Notes under the pieces: model-generated
What the model was told of the DNA's origin: nothing
Databases searched by the model: none
The model's input: only the letters and a program-made list of their open reading frames with translations
Assembly (NCBI GenBank): GCA_963843555.1
Contig: CAWJKV010000004.1
Coordinates: 1-64,000 of the forward strand
Source: an uncultured Methanosarcinales archaeon
Lineage (GTDB): Archaea; Halobacteriota; Methanosarcinia; Methanotrichales; Methanotrichaceae
Length of the DNA: 64,000 nt
Reading direction: 5' to 3'
In this document: in pieces, positions 52,982 through 62,838 of the stretch
Layout: the number at the start of each line of letters is the position of its first letter
Position numbering within the stretch: position 1 is the first letter of the stretch
Made by a program: the position numbers and the translations under genes

Positions 52982-53944
52982 TCAGTGAATTCCTGTCACG
53001 CACTCTTTTGCCAGGTCGAAGAGCACAACCTCTTCCGATCCCTCACGGATTATGAGCCGCCTATCCTCAGACACCTGGCCGATGACCCGCGCCGTGAGCC
53101 CGCGCTTCTGGAATACCTCCAATACCTTTTCGGCATCCTCTGACTTTGCGGTGACGACAAATCCCATTCCGGGATACATCTTCAGCCAGCTAACCATTGT
53201 CAGGCCCGCTGGCACGGGGATGGCCTGGACATCCACCACAGCGCCCACAAGGCTCGTCTCCAGCAGCATGCCGAGCGTCCCCAGCAGTCCCGGATTGCTG
53301 ATATCCTTGCCTGCCCTGACAAGGCCACTCTCGCCAAGTTCCTGCATCGCACCCAGCTGCATGAGAAGCGTTTTCCGGTCCTTGAAGCTGGTGGAGTCGA
53401 AGTTTATATTGAACTTGGGGTGGGACTTGCCATCCATGTCTGCTGCCGCAATTATCAATTCACCAGGCTTTGCCGTGCTGCTCAAGATCACCGCATTCTT
53501 CTTCGCCTTTCCAAGAATGGCAACGTCCAGAGCGCTGTAGGGTGTGTCCGGATGAAGGTGTCCGCCGATAATGGGAACATTGAACTTTTCAATTCCCTTC
53601 TTCATGCCCTGCAGAACCTTCTTTGCGATCTCAGGGTTGCCAACCGATAGGACATCAACCATGGCCACCGGCCAGCCTCCCATGGCCGCGATATCGTGCA
53701 CATTCACCAGAACTGAACAGTAGCCCGACCATTCCGGATCAACATCCATAAGTTTGGACCAGATGCCGTCCGCGGCCAGTAGCATGACGTCTTCGCCGTC
53801 GTCTATAACTGCGGCATCCTCCCCGAAAGATGCAATGATGCGCTCGGATTCTACGGGAAAGAATTGCATGAGATTTCCTATCTCCTTCTTGCGAGTGATC
53901 CCCACAAATCCGCGCAGTTCAGCTGCCAGAGACTCCAGATTCAT
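52982..53944 (-). CDS. Methanogenesis marker 2 protein (PurM/AIR-synthase-like)
   Basis: GITRKK, GEDAAV, LAADGIW, VNVHDIAAMGG, GGHLHPD, KDISNPGLLGTLGMLLE. Confidence 0.88.
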   Translation of the reverse strand: MNLESLAAELRGFVGITRKKEIGNLMQFFPVESERIIASFGEDAAVIDDGEDVMLLAADGIWSKLMDVDPEWSGYCSVLVNVHDIAAMGGWPVAMVDVLSVGNPEIAKKVLQGMKKGIEKFNVPIIGGHLHPDTPYSALDVAILGKAKKNAVILSSTAKPGELIIAAADMDGKSHPKFNINFDSTSFKDRKTLLMQLGAMQELGESGLVRAGKDISNPGLLGTLGMLLETSLVGAVVDVQAIPVPAGLTMVSWLKMYPGMGFVVTAKSEDAEKVLEVFQKRGLTARVIGQVSEDRRLIIREGSEEVVLFDLAKECVTGIH

Positions 53945-54469
53945 CAGTGAATGATAAGGCTTTGATCAAAAATAGATGTCGCTAAAATGCGGGCGCAAAG
54001 TTTTTAACGAGATAACTCTGAGAAGAAAGTGAAATGCTCAGGAGAGTAGGCGTTCTGTTGCGGGAAAGTTCCAATGGAAAAATGGCATAACAAATTTTAG
54101 AAAGTTTTTACGGCCATCGAAAACTCCTAACTGAGTAAATAATAATATTAAGTTCATCTTTCTTTATTCCGCTTAAACGGTGTATTTTGAGGCATCTACC
54201 CACTCGAAGCAAGGGGGTTAATTAATAAAATATATTCTAAAGTTATATGAAAATGGTACCAGGAGCCTCTCTTTGCTCTTTGATGGCTCGAGGGTCCTGC
54301 TCACCGGCCAATAGAACCTCGCGCGGGATGAAAGTTGAAGAAAATGATAATACTGATAAGCTGATATCCATTTAAGTAGGAGCTTGAGGGAGAAGCAGCA
54401 GGAGATAATGCGCATCACACAGCGGCACCGGGCTTTCAACCTGCGTGTGTTCGGCTCTGTTGCCAGGGA

Positions 54470-54640
54470 GAAGCATCAACGAGAAATAGCATCAAATGGC
54501 CTCGATCTTGCTCGGCACAAACGAGAAATTCTCCAGGGTTTTGGAGGCAAATAGCAGGCACGCCAGAATATCGTTTTTCTCCAGTCCCGGATACTCCACC
54601 AGGATGTAGCGGAATCTTGAATCCCTCTAAATGCAATTCT
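54470..54640 (-). pseudogene. Second DUF433/DUF5615 TA remnant (DUF433 C-terminal half plus the first codons of the PIN-like gene)
   Basis: ILVEYPGLEKNDILACLLFASKTLENFSFVPSKIEAI* immediately followed (TGATG) by MLFLVDAS. Confidence 0.6.
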
Positions 54641-54669
54641 TGAGATCATTGCCCGAATTGATCTAGGGT

Positions 54670-55272
54670 CTATCTGATGCCGATCTTGGCTTTTATCGCC
54701 TGAATATCGCTCTCTATCCTCGCCCTCCAGCCGGCATCGAAGGTCATCTCCCGGTGCAACCCCCTGATCTCGTCGATGATGACACCTTGGTTCTCTGCGA
54801 TCTCCGGAATGAGCCTGGTATTCTCTGCGATCTCCGGAATGAGCCTGGTATTCTCTGCGATCTCCGGGATGAGGCGGGTATTCTCTGCGATCTCTGGGAC
54901 GAGATTCGTATTCGTTTTAACCTCCCGGAGATCCTCCCTCATCTCCTGGAGTATAGGGACTGCCTTGTTTATTTGCACAAATGTCCCTAGGGTGGCCGAC
55001 TGCCATAAAGGTTGTATCTCTTCATCGTAGGGCTCAGATTTCATAGTGTCAACCCTGGCCAGGGGTGGGAGTTCCGCCTGGGCAAGCTCGAAGAACCGGG
55101 TGGCCCTCCTGTCGTCGCTATCCACCAGGGCCACGACTGACTGCTTATCGCGCTCAGTGTCGTTGTAGACCTCAAAGCCCCGGATGGCTAGCTCGACGGC
55201 CTTCTCTGTGAGCCACGGCCTGTATCCTACGTCGTGGACCCTGGGGCCTGTGATTGTGATCTTGAACTTCAT
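54670..55272 (-). CDS. Acylphosphatase-domain protein with repeat/coiled-coil C-terminal extension
   Basis: ITGPRVHDVGYR (variant of the GxVQGVGFR motif); PEIAENTRLI repeats. Confidence 0.75.
   Translation of the reverse strand: MKFKITITGPRVHDVGYRPWLTEKAVELAIRGFEVYNDTERDKQSVVALVDSDDRRATRFFELAQAELPPLARVDTMKSEPYDEEIQPLWQSATLGTFVQINKAVPILQEMREDLREVKTNTNLVPEIAENTRLIPEIAENTRLIPEIAENTRLIPEIAENQGVIIDEIRGLHREMTFDAGWRARIESDIQAIKAKIGIR
54791..54910 (-). repeat. 30-bp coding tandem repeat, 4 copies
   Basis: TTCTCTGCGATCTCCGGAATGAGCCTGGTA-like units starting at 54791, 54821, 54851 and 54881. Confidence 0.95.
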
Positions 55273-55576
55273 ATGGAGTGAAAGGTTGGCCCCCTTTTGT
55301 ATTATAAGTTCTGCTCCTCCACATCAGGCCAGACTGTAAGGAGACCGTCGTGAGCGCGGTGCATGGCATCATTGGTCTCAATCTGCCAGCCGTCTCCCAG
55401 CCAGCCAAACCGGCCTTCTGCCAAATCCCCATCTTCAGCTCGTGTCCGGAGAGGCAGTTCTCCACCCCACCCGCTTGCGTGAATAATATCGTCAATTTAC
55501 CTGCCCGTCAAATGAGAGTAAAGGTATAATATATCGGAGAAGGATAGGGAAGTCAGCACTATAGACATTATCAAAG

Positions 55577-55697
55577 GGCCGGTGAATCAAGCCGTGGCAT
55601 CCAGAGGGACGGGTCGCCTGTGATCTGGATTGAAATTCAGGAGCGGCCTTAGATAGCTCAGCCTTCACTTATCCTGATGACGGCTTGGATGACGGTT
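55577..55697 (+). ncRNA. Putative structured leader or small RNA upstream of the PPC-PolD operon
   Basis: CAAGCCGT(55588-55595)/ACGGCTTG(55680-55687) closing stem plus internal hairpins; TATA-like sequence at 55525-55533. Confidence 0.35.
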
Positions 55698-55702
55698 CAT
55701 GA

Positions 55703-56167
55703 ATGTTTCGAGATAGCTGGAATGAGGAAGGGTGCGGATTGTTTATCAGGGGTTTTGAGAGGGGACGGTGCCTGCTGGCCAGGCTCGACCACGGCACGGA
55801 CATCATCGGTCAGATAACCGATCTGGCGAAGGAGAAGGAAATTAAGACTGGCTTTTTGAATGTTATCGGTGCTCTGAGCAGGGCTGAGCTGGGGTATTAT
55901 GATCAGATTTCTCAAAAATACGTTGAAATTCAGATCGAAGAACCAGTGGAGCTGGTATCCTGTTCGGGAAATGTATCCCTGCGGGACGGCCAGCCTTTTT
56001 TGCACGCTCATGCCGTTCTGTCGGATCGTGAGGGAAGGATATGGGGAGGCCACCTGACCTCCGGCCCGGTCTTTGCAGCAGAGCTCTACATGCAGGAGCT
56101 CTTGGGCCCGAATCTCAAAAGAATGCCTGATTCGATCACCGGCCTGAATCTATGGAGTGAAGAGTGA
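55703..56167 (+). CDS. PPC-domain (DUF296) protein; true start may be TTG 55739
   Basis: [30 protein letters not shown]...GGHL. Confidence 0.9.
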   Translation: MFRDSWNEEGCGLFIRGFERGRCLLARLDHGTDIIGQITDLAKEKEIKTGFLNVIGALSRAELGYYDQISQKYVEIQIEEPVELVSCSGNVSLRDGQPFLHAHAVLSDREGRIWGGHLTSGPVFAAELYMQELLGPNLKRMPDSITGLNLWSEE

Positions 56168-59100
56168 AGAATTCCGAATACTTCGAGTTCTTGCAGCAGG
56201 GCTTGACGAACGCCATGACCATAGCCCAGGCGGCCCGCGCCCGAGGGTTGGATCCCACAACAGTTGTAGAAATACCGCTTGCGGTTGACCTGGCAGAAAG
56301 GGTTGAGAAGCTGATCGGCATCCCTGGCATTGCCGTGAGGATCCGGGAACTGGAAGAGCAGGGCATGAGCCGGGAAGAAGCAGCTCTCGCCATTGGTATC
56401 GATTTTGCTGAAGGCCGCCTGGGAAAAGGAACCTCCAAGATCGAATCAGTGGAAAACGCCATTCGTACATCGGTCGCCCTGCTCACAGAGGGCGTTGTCG
56501 CGGCACCCATTGAAGGAATCGCTCGCGTGGACCTGGGAAAGAACGATGATGGAACTGAGTACCTCAAGGTCTACTACGCAGGGCCCATAAGATCTGCCGG
56601 CGGCACGGCCCAGGCCCTATCCGTTCTCGTGGCGGACTATGTGCGCAGAAGCGTCGGCATAGCGCCCTGGAAGCCGAGACCGGAAGAAGTAGAACGTTAC
56701 GTGGAGGAGATTGGCCTATACAAGCGCGTGGCTGGCCTGCAGTATTCGCCTTCGGACGACGAGATCCGAACCATTGTGCGCAATTGCCCTATCTGCATCG
56801 AAGGAGAGCCCACTGAGGAGGAAGAGGTATCCGGATACCGTGACCTTGCCAGGATCGATACCAATCGTGTGCGGGGCGGCATCGCCCTGGTCTCGGCGGA
56901 AGGCATCGCCCTGAAGCGGCCCAAGCTCAAGAAGCATGTAACAAAACTTGGCATCACTGGCTGGGAGTGGCTCGATTCCCTGGCAAGCGGCAAAAAGGAA
57001 GGCGGGGACACCACACCCAAGTTCCTGCGCGACCTCATTGCCGGACGGCCTGTCTTCTCTCATCCCTCCCGTCCGGGCGGCTTTCGGCTGCGTTATGGGC
57101 GGGCCAGAAATACAGGCCTGGCTGCAGCCGGAATCAATCCCGCCAGCATGCTGCTGTTGGGCGAGTTCATGGCGGCCGGAACCCAGATCAAGGTGGAGCA
57201 GCCGGGCAAGGCGGCAGCCGTAGCTCCGGTCAGCTCCATCGAGGGGCCGACGGTGCGGCTGCTGAACGGGGATGTGGTTCGGTTCGATTCCGATCAGGAT
57301 ATCCTGGAATGGATGCCGGTGACCTGCAAAGATCCCAAGACCATCCAGCTGGCTCTCAAGGCCCATGTTTCCAAGATTTTGGACCTGGGCGAGATACTGA
57401 TCAGCTACGGCGAGTTCCTGGAGAACAACCGGCCTCTGGCCCCAGCCTCCTATGTCTTCGAGTGGTGGGCAGAGGAGCTGAAGAAAGCGGGAGGCGATCC
57501 CGCCGGCCTGGAGCTGATCGACGGCGTCAAAGCTATAGACCTCTCCAGAAAATATGGCGTCCCACTTCATCCGGCCTACACTTATCTCTGGCACGATCTG
57601 ACTCTAGAAGAGTACGAGCAGCTGGCCGAAGTCGCGAGCTTGCAGGGCATTATGGAATCCGGAAAGCTCCTCCTCCCTCTGGAAGCCAAGGATTCTTTGG
57701 AGACGCTGCTGGTTCACCACAAGGTCCGAGGAGGAAAGGCGATTATCGAGGATCCCCTGCCCTTCCTGCTCTGCCTGGGGATAACTCTGGAAGATGGCGC
57801 CTTGAAGGACCCCTGGTGAGCCGACCGAAGATAAGCCAGATGAGAATACGGAAGAAATATAGAAAGAATAAGGAAGGTGGATTCGGCGCTGGCAGCTGTC
57901 AACAGGCGATCGGGCCTCGTCGTTCGCGCCCGGGCGCCCACGCGCATCGGCGCCCGGATGGGCAGGCCGGAGAAGTCAGATAAAAGGCTGATGCGCCCAC
58001 CTCCGCACGTTCTCTTCCCGGCAGGAGAAGAAGGCGGCAAGTCGAGGTCGATTCAGGAAGCTGCCAAGCACTCTACAGGCAATGTAACCGGCATGGTCAA
58101 TGTGGAGATCGAGCGGCGCGTCTGCAAAGACTGCAAGAAAGAGGGCTTTGCCTTCCGATGTCCATGCGGCGGCCACACAGAAAAAAAGAGGGTCTGCCCA
58201 AAATGCAATGTCCAGGCTGCAGAGAAGTGCCCCAAATGCGGTGTTGAGACGACCGCCGCTGCCAATATGCAGATCGACATAAAAAAGCTCTATCACCAGG
58301 CGCTGGAGCATCTGGGTGAGCGCGAGCCGGAGACATTCAAAGGGGTCCTGGGACTCTCCTCCCGGGATAAGACCCCGGAGCCTCTGGAGAAGGGCATCCT
58401 GCGCGCGAAACATGGGGTGAACATCTTCAAAGACGGCACTGTGAGGTACGACCTCACCGATCTGCCGCTAACTCATTTTCGCCCGGACGAGATCGGCACC
58501 AGCACCGAGACTTTGCAGAGCCTCGGCTATACGGAAGACATGCACGGTGCAGCTCTGACGATGCCGGATCAGGTCTGCGAATTGAGGGTGCAGGACATCA
58601 TTCTCGCCAGAGATGCAGGAGACTATCTCTTAAAAGTTGCCATGTTTGTGGATGAGCTTCTGGTCAAGTTCTATGGTCTTGAGCCCTACTACAATGCAAA
58701 TTCGCCCAAAGATCTGATCGGGGCACTGATGGTGGGCCTGGCGCCCCATACCTCGGCGGGCGTTCTCTGCCGGCTCATCGGCTACAGCCCGGCCTCAGCG
58801 GGATTTGGGCATCCCTTCTTTCATGCCGCCAAGCGCCGCAATTGCGACGGAGACGAGGACTGCGTGATGCTGCTCATGGATGCGCTTCTCAACTTCTCCA
58901 TGTCCTACCTCCCTGCGAAACGGGGCGGAAAGATGGATGCCTGCCTGGTCATGACCACTATCCTCAATCCTGCAGAGGTGGACAAAGAGGCTCACAACCT
59001 GGATCTGACGGCCATCTACCCCCTGGAGTTTTATGAGGCTTCCCTTCTCGGCACCAATCCCAAGGACCTGGAAGGGAGATTCGATCTGGTCTCCAAGCGT

Positions 59101-59595
59101 CTGGGCTCAGATGCTCAGTATGAAGGCTTCAACTTCAGCCACAGCACGACGGATATTGCTGCCGGTCCCAAAAACAGTGCCTACAAGACACTGGAGACCA
59201 TGGTCGATAAGATGGATGCCCAGCTGGAACTGGCGCGAATGATCAGGGCCGTGGATGAGCAGGACGTGGCGGAAAGGGTCATCAACTCTCACTTCCTGCC
59301 CGATCTGATCGGCAATCTGCACGCCTTCTCCAAGCAGAAGGTGAGGTGCGTGAAGTGCGGCGCCAAGTACAGACGACCTCCTTTAAAAGAGACCTGCCCC
59401 AAGTGCGGCGGCCGGATGATTCTCACGGTGCATGAGGGGAGCGTTCGGAAATATCTGGAGGTTTCCATAAAAGTGGCAGAGGAGTACGATGTGAGCAGCT
59501 ACACCAAGCAGAGGCTACAGCTCCTGAAAATGGAGATCAACTCCCTCTTCAAGAACGATAAGGCCAAGCAGACGGGACTGGCGGATTTCATGTAA
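56164..59595 (+). CDS. polC: DNA polymerase D large subunit DP2, split by an apparent frameshift at about 57810-57877
   Basis: [76 protein letters not shown]. Confidence 0.97.
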
Positions 59596-59722
59596 AATGC
59601 CCGGGGCTCCCCCGCCGCTTTTACCGCAAGAGGTATATCGAAGTCAGGCTCGCCCACCTCCTGATAGATGATATCGAATCGATTTGAAGGGATCGATTTT
59701 GATCGTTCTTGTGCCTATCAAA

Positions 59723-60003
59723 GCTAGAGTGCAGAGTTACATAGATTGTTCCCCGCGGACGCGGGGTTAGGGGAGCCGACACGGCCTGGAGTGGGCCGTC
59801 ACCTCAGCGCGTGTCACCCGGGCGGAGCCCCGGAAGAAGTAGATGGGCAGTCTTTCTTATGAGCAAAGATAGTATTATCCAACTTAAGATGGGACACGTC
59901 TAATAGAGTCAAGCACTACGTCGCACTTTCTTCTGGGGTGCCGCGAGTCGGCCCTTCGGGCAGCGGCCAAAATGGCCCCCTCAACGCCGGGGAGGCTTGG
60001 ATA
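59723..60003 (+). ncRNA. Structured non-coding element, copy 2 (homologous to 28804-29099); identity unknown
   Basis: Arms 59822-59838 and 59928-59944 pair; the 26-nt 3' block is 25/26 identical to copy 1. Confidence 0.55.
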
Positions 60004-60035
60004 CATGGTTTAGCGAGAGGATCCCTTATGCTGCC

Positions 60036-61236
60036 CTATCCACACCGCCCCGGCTCTGCAGAATAGGGTCTGTTCTCCTTCAGGCACCACTCCATCTCCG
60101 ATAGAATCTGCCCAATCTCGCCGCCTTCTTTCAGCCTCTGGACCATGATCTCCGCCAGGCTGCCCTGCTCGATGCGTTTTGCCACCAGCGGCAGGTATCG
60201 CATCTCCTCTTTAGTTGCATTCTTTTGCGCCATTCGGAAGAGCTTCTCCAGCTCCGGCCTCAAACCCGCCACGCCGTGCCGCATGGCATCTTCCAGCATT
60301 GCCAGCAGATGGCTTTCCTCCTCTTCCAGCTCCAGGTCGGTTCGAAGCAGCGCCAGAAGGAACGCCGAAATGGCCATGTCCGAGTGCAGACATTCCTGCT
60401 CATCTATGGCTTTCACCTCCAGGCAGTTCCTTGAGAAACGCACTATTACACCCCTGGAATTAACCCATTCAGAGCATAGAATCTCTGCCCGGCATCTCTT
60501 CAGTTCCGTGTAGATATCCTGGTTGATGCTGCTCATAATCTTCCACGCTATCCAGCTTCTCGGGAAGTATGCCGTGGCAGATCCCTGGAATCTGGGACTG
60601 GTTTTGCCGGTAGTAGACCAGACGGTTGTCCATATAGGAGGTCGTCTTTCCCTCTACCAGCGGCGAAGATGCAGACACGGCTACCAGATATGGAATGAGA
60701 GAACGGATCTTGTTGAACGTTATGACCATATCATCCTTATTCTCGTAGGGATAATTGATTTGCAGCGCCTGAATGTTCAGCCAGCCGTGCTGCTTGATGT
60801 TGAAAAGACGGTCGTATGCTTCATAGTACTCTTGCTCGTCATGGTCCCAGTAGGTCGTCTGATCCAGAGTGAGCAGGGGATGCATACCCAGGCCCATAAA
60901 CCCGTACTCATAATTCGTGGCCCGGTATAGCTCGCATAATCCCTGGTATAGATTCTCCTCCAAAAAGTTCAGGTTTCCCGGGCGTGCCGGAATCAGCTCC
61001 AGAGCGTGCTTTTGCAGCTCTTTGGCCACCCAGATCCCGCCGAAAGGCACCTGATGCTGTACCTCTCCGCTTATCCGCTCGATGATCTTGTCGGAGATGG
61101 CTAGCGGCCTATGGTTCTTGTCGTTTATAGAGTACTCGTGCTCTGTTCCTATGGGTGACTTCGCAGGCAGTGCCTTATAAGTCACCATCTTTGATGCCTT
61201 CTGGATCTGCATCGCCTTTTCTCTGGCCACCAGCAT
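60036..61236 (-). CDS. Glutamate--cysteine ligase family (GCS2) carboxylate-amine ligase (frameshift near 60535)
   Basis: IGTEHEY, ELQKHALE, LGMHP, HGWLNIQALQIN, SASSP, MDNRL, NSRGVIVRFSRNCLEVKAIDEQEC. Confidence 0.85.
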
Positions 61237-61241
61237 GTTTT

Positions 61242-61296
61242 TCAGTCCTTCAGCCTGATCTCTGTTTATAGGATCAGTCCTTCAGCCTGATCTCTG
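61242..61296. repeat. 23-bp direct repeat duplicating the 3' end of the YkgJ gene
   Basis: TCAGTCCTTCAGCCTGATCTCTG at 61242-61264 and 61274-61296. Confidence 0.9.
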
Positions 61297-61765
61297 CTAC
61301 AAGATCCGTCTCAGGCTCGTCGATCTTCAAGATCTCTGCCATCTCTTCCGCTGGTACCTTATTCACGAGTTCAATGATTCTCTCGACAGAAGTCTCGAAT
61401 AGTCCGTCAAAGGCCTTCCGGTTGGCTTTCAAGAAGCGGACCATGGGACAGATGCTCTCTCTCTTGATAAATATCTGCAGGGTATTGCCCTTCATATCGA
61501 AAGTGAAGGGCCCGGCGACACAGGTCTCGGGCTTGATGGAGTGGATACTGCATTTTCCATCCTGGAAGAGCACGCAAAAACCATCTCGTTTCAGGCGCAG
61601 CCTTCTGTATCCAACAAACTCCACAGCATCCGCACTGACGCCGTTCTTCAGAAGTATGTCTATCCGTTCCTGGCTTAAGGGCGGCCTGGCCTCAAAGCAG
61701 CAGCCCCCAACCAAATGGCACTCATTGCAGGCCTGGCTCAAGGCTTCGCACAGGTTTTCATCCAT
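61274..61765 (-). CDS. YkgJ-family cysteine-cluster protein (CxxCxxCC)
   Basis: CNECHLVGGCC, DGFCVLF, CSIHSIKPETCVAGPF, CP. Confidence 0.88.
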   Translation of the reverse strand: MDENLCEALSQACNECHLVGGCCFEARPPLSQERIDILLKNGVSADAVEFVGYRRLRLKRDGFCVLFQDGKCSIHSIKPETCVAGPFTFDMKGNTLQIFIKRESICPMVRFLKANRKAFDGLFETSVERIIELVNKVPAEEMAEILKIDEPETDLVAEIRLKD

Positions 61766-61809
61766 CAGAATATCATCTCTTGAATAATCTAATAAAAAAG
61801 GATTCGCAT

Positions 61810-62838
61810 CTACCGCTCTGAGAAATCTATCTTGCAGGAGTAGACGTCGTTTTCCGGCAGGGCGGCGGCTTCTGCAAAGGCTGTCGAGGCGCCTAGCCCG
61901 TATTCGCCCTCGAAGCCATACGGGAACTGGATCTCATGCATTAGCTCATTGGCATAGCCGCAGGCATCTCCAGTCATCAGGTAAGAGATGATCTTTTGGA
62001 ACATGTCCGGGTAATGCTCATCCTCGCCTCCTTCCAGGGAAGGGTTATCATTGACCTCAATAACATAGAGCTTTCCGTTGCTCTCTTTTATGTCTACGCC
62101 GTACAGTCCTTTGCCTATGGCATTGCCGGCCTCTTTTCCGAGATCGATGACCTCGTGCGGGACCTGATCGGCGGGCACGCTCTCCACATCGCAATAGACG
62201 ATATGACCATTGACCGAAGCCTGGATCTTGAAGGTCTCGGAGGGTATGATATATCTGCAGGCGTAGAGCAGCTCTCCATTTATAGTGCCCACTCGCCAGT
62301 CGAACCTGCTCTCGATGTACTCCTGAACCACGATCCAGTCGGAGAGCTTGAAGAACCTCCTGGCGATCTTCAAGAGTTCATCGACGGATGAGGCTTTCTC
62401 CACCCTTACTGAGAAGGATGTGGACGGCTCCTTCAGCACCAGAGGCGTGCCAAGCTCCTCGAAGAGCTGCTGGGCCTGCAATGCATCCAGCTCCTTCTTC
62501 TTTAAGAACTTCGTCCTGGGCATGGACACATTCTTCTTCATGAGGTGCATGTACATGTTTATCTTATCAGCGCAGATCTGTATGGAGCTGGGATCATCCA
62601 CCACCGGTATGCCGTACATCTGGGCCATCCTGGCCGCCACATAGGTGATGTTCATGGGGTCGGTGTTTGCTCGGATGAAGAGCGCATCCAGCTTGGGAAT
62701 CCGTTTGATGTCCACAGGAAAGATGAACTCTGCGGTGTGGCCCATGCTCTCAGCCACGTCCCTGATCTTAACCAGGGCCATGAGCTGTGAAGAGCTGCTT
62801 AATGTCTTTCGATCGACAAAGATGCCAAGTTTACTCAA
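61810..62838 (-). CDS. RimK-like ATP-grasp ligase
   Basis: DALFIRANT, VDDPSSIQICADK, PLVLKEPSTSFSVRV, QEYIESRFDWRVG, GLYGVDIK, VIEVNDNPS. Confidence 0.92.
   Translation of the reverse strand: MSKLGIFVDRKTLSSSSQLMALVKIRDVAESMGHTAEFIFPVDIKRIPKLDALFIRANTDPMNITYVAARMAQMYGIPVVDDPSSIQICADKINMYMHLMKKNVSMPRTKFLKKKELDALQAQQLFEELGTPLVLKEPSTSFSVRVEKASSVDELLKIARRFFKLSDWIVVQEYIESRFDWRVGTINGELLYACRYIIPSETFKIQASVNGHIVYCDVESVPADQVPHEVIDLGKEAGNAIGKGLYGVDIKESNGKLYVIEVNDNPSLEGGEDEHYPDMFQKIISYLMTGDACGYANELMHEIQFPYGFEGEYGLGASTAFAEAAALPENDVYSCKIDFSER

Noticed and set aside
55596..55690. SAM-I riboswitch (ATCCAGAG...GATG) or hammerhead (CTGATGA)
   Set aside because: The SAM-I P2/P3 consensus elements are missing, and no GAAA follows the would-be hammerhead stem II.
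57800..58870. Naturally split PolD DP2 or an intein
   Set aside because: The usual intein site ([13 protein letters not shown]) is uninterrupted, and the break lies in a variable, garbled linker in a window full of indels.
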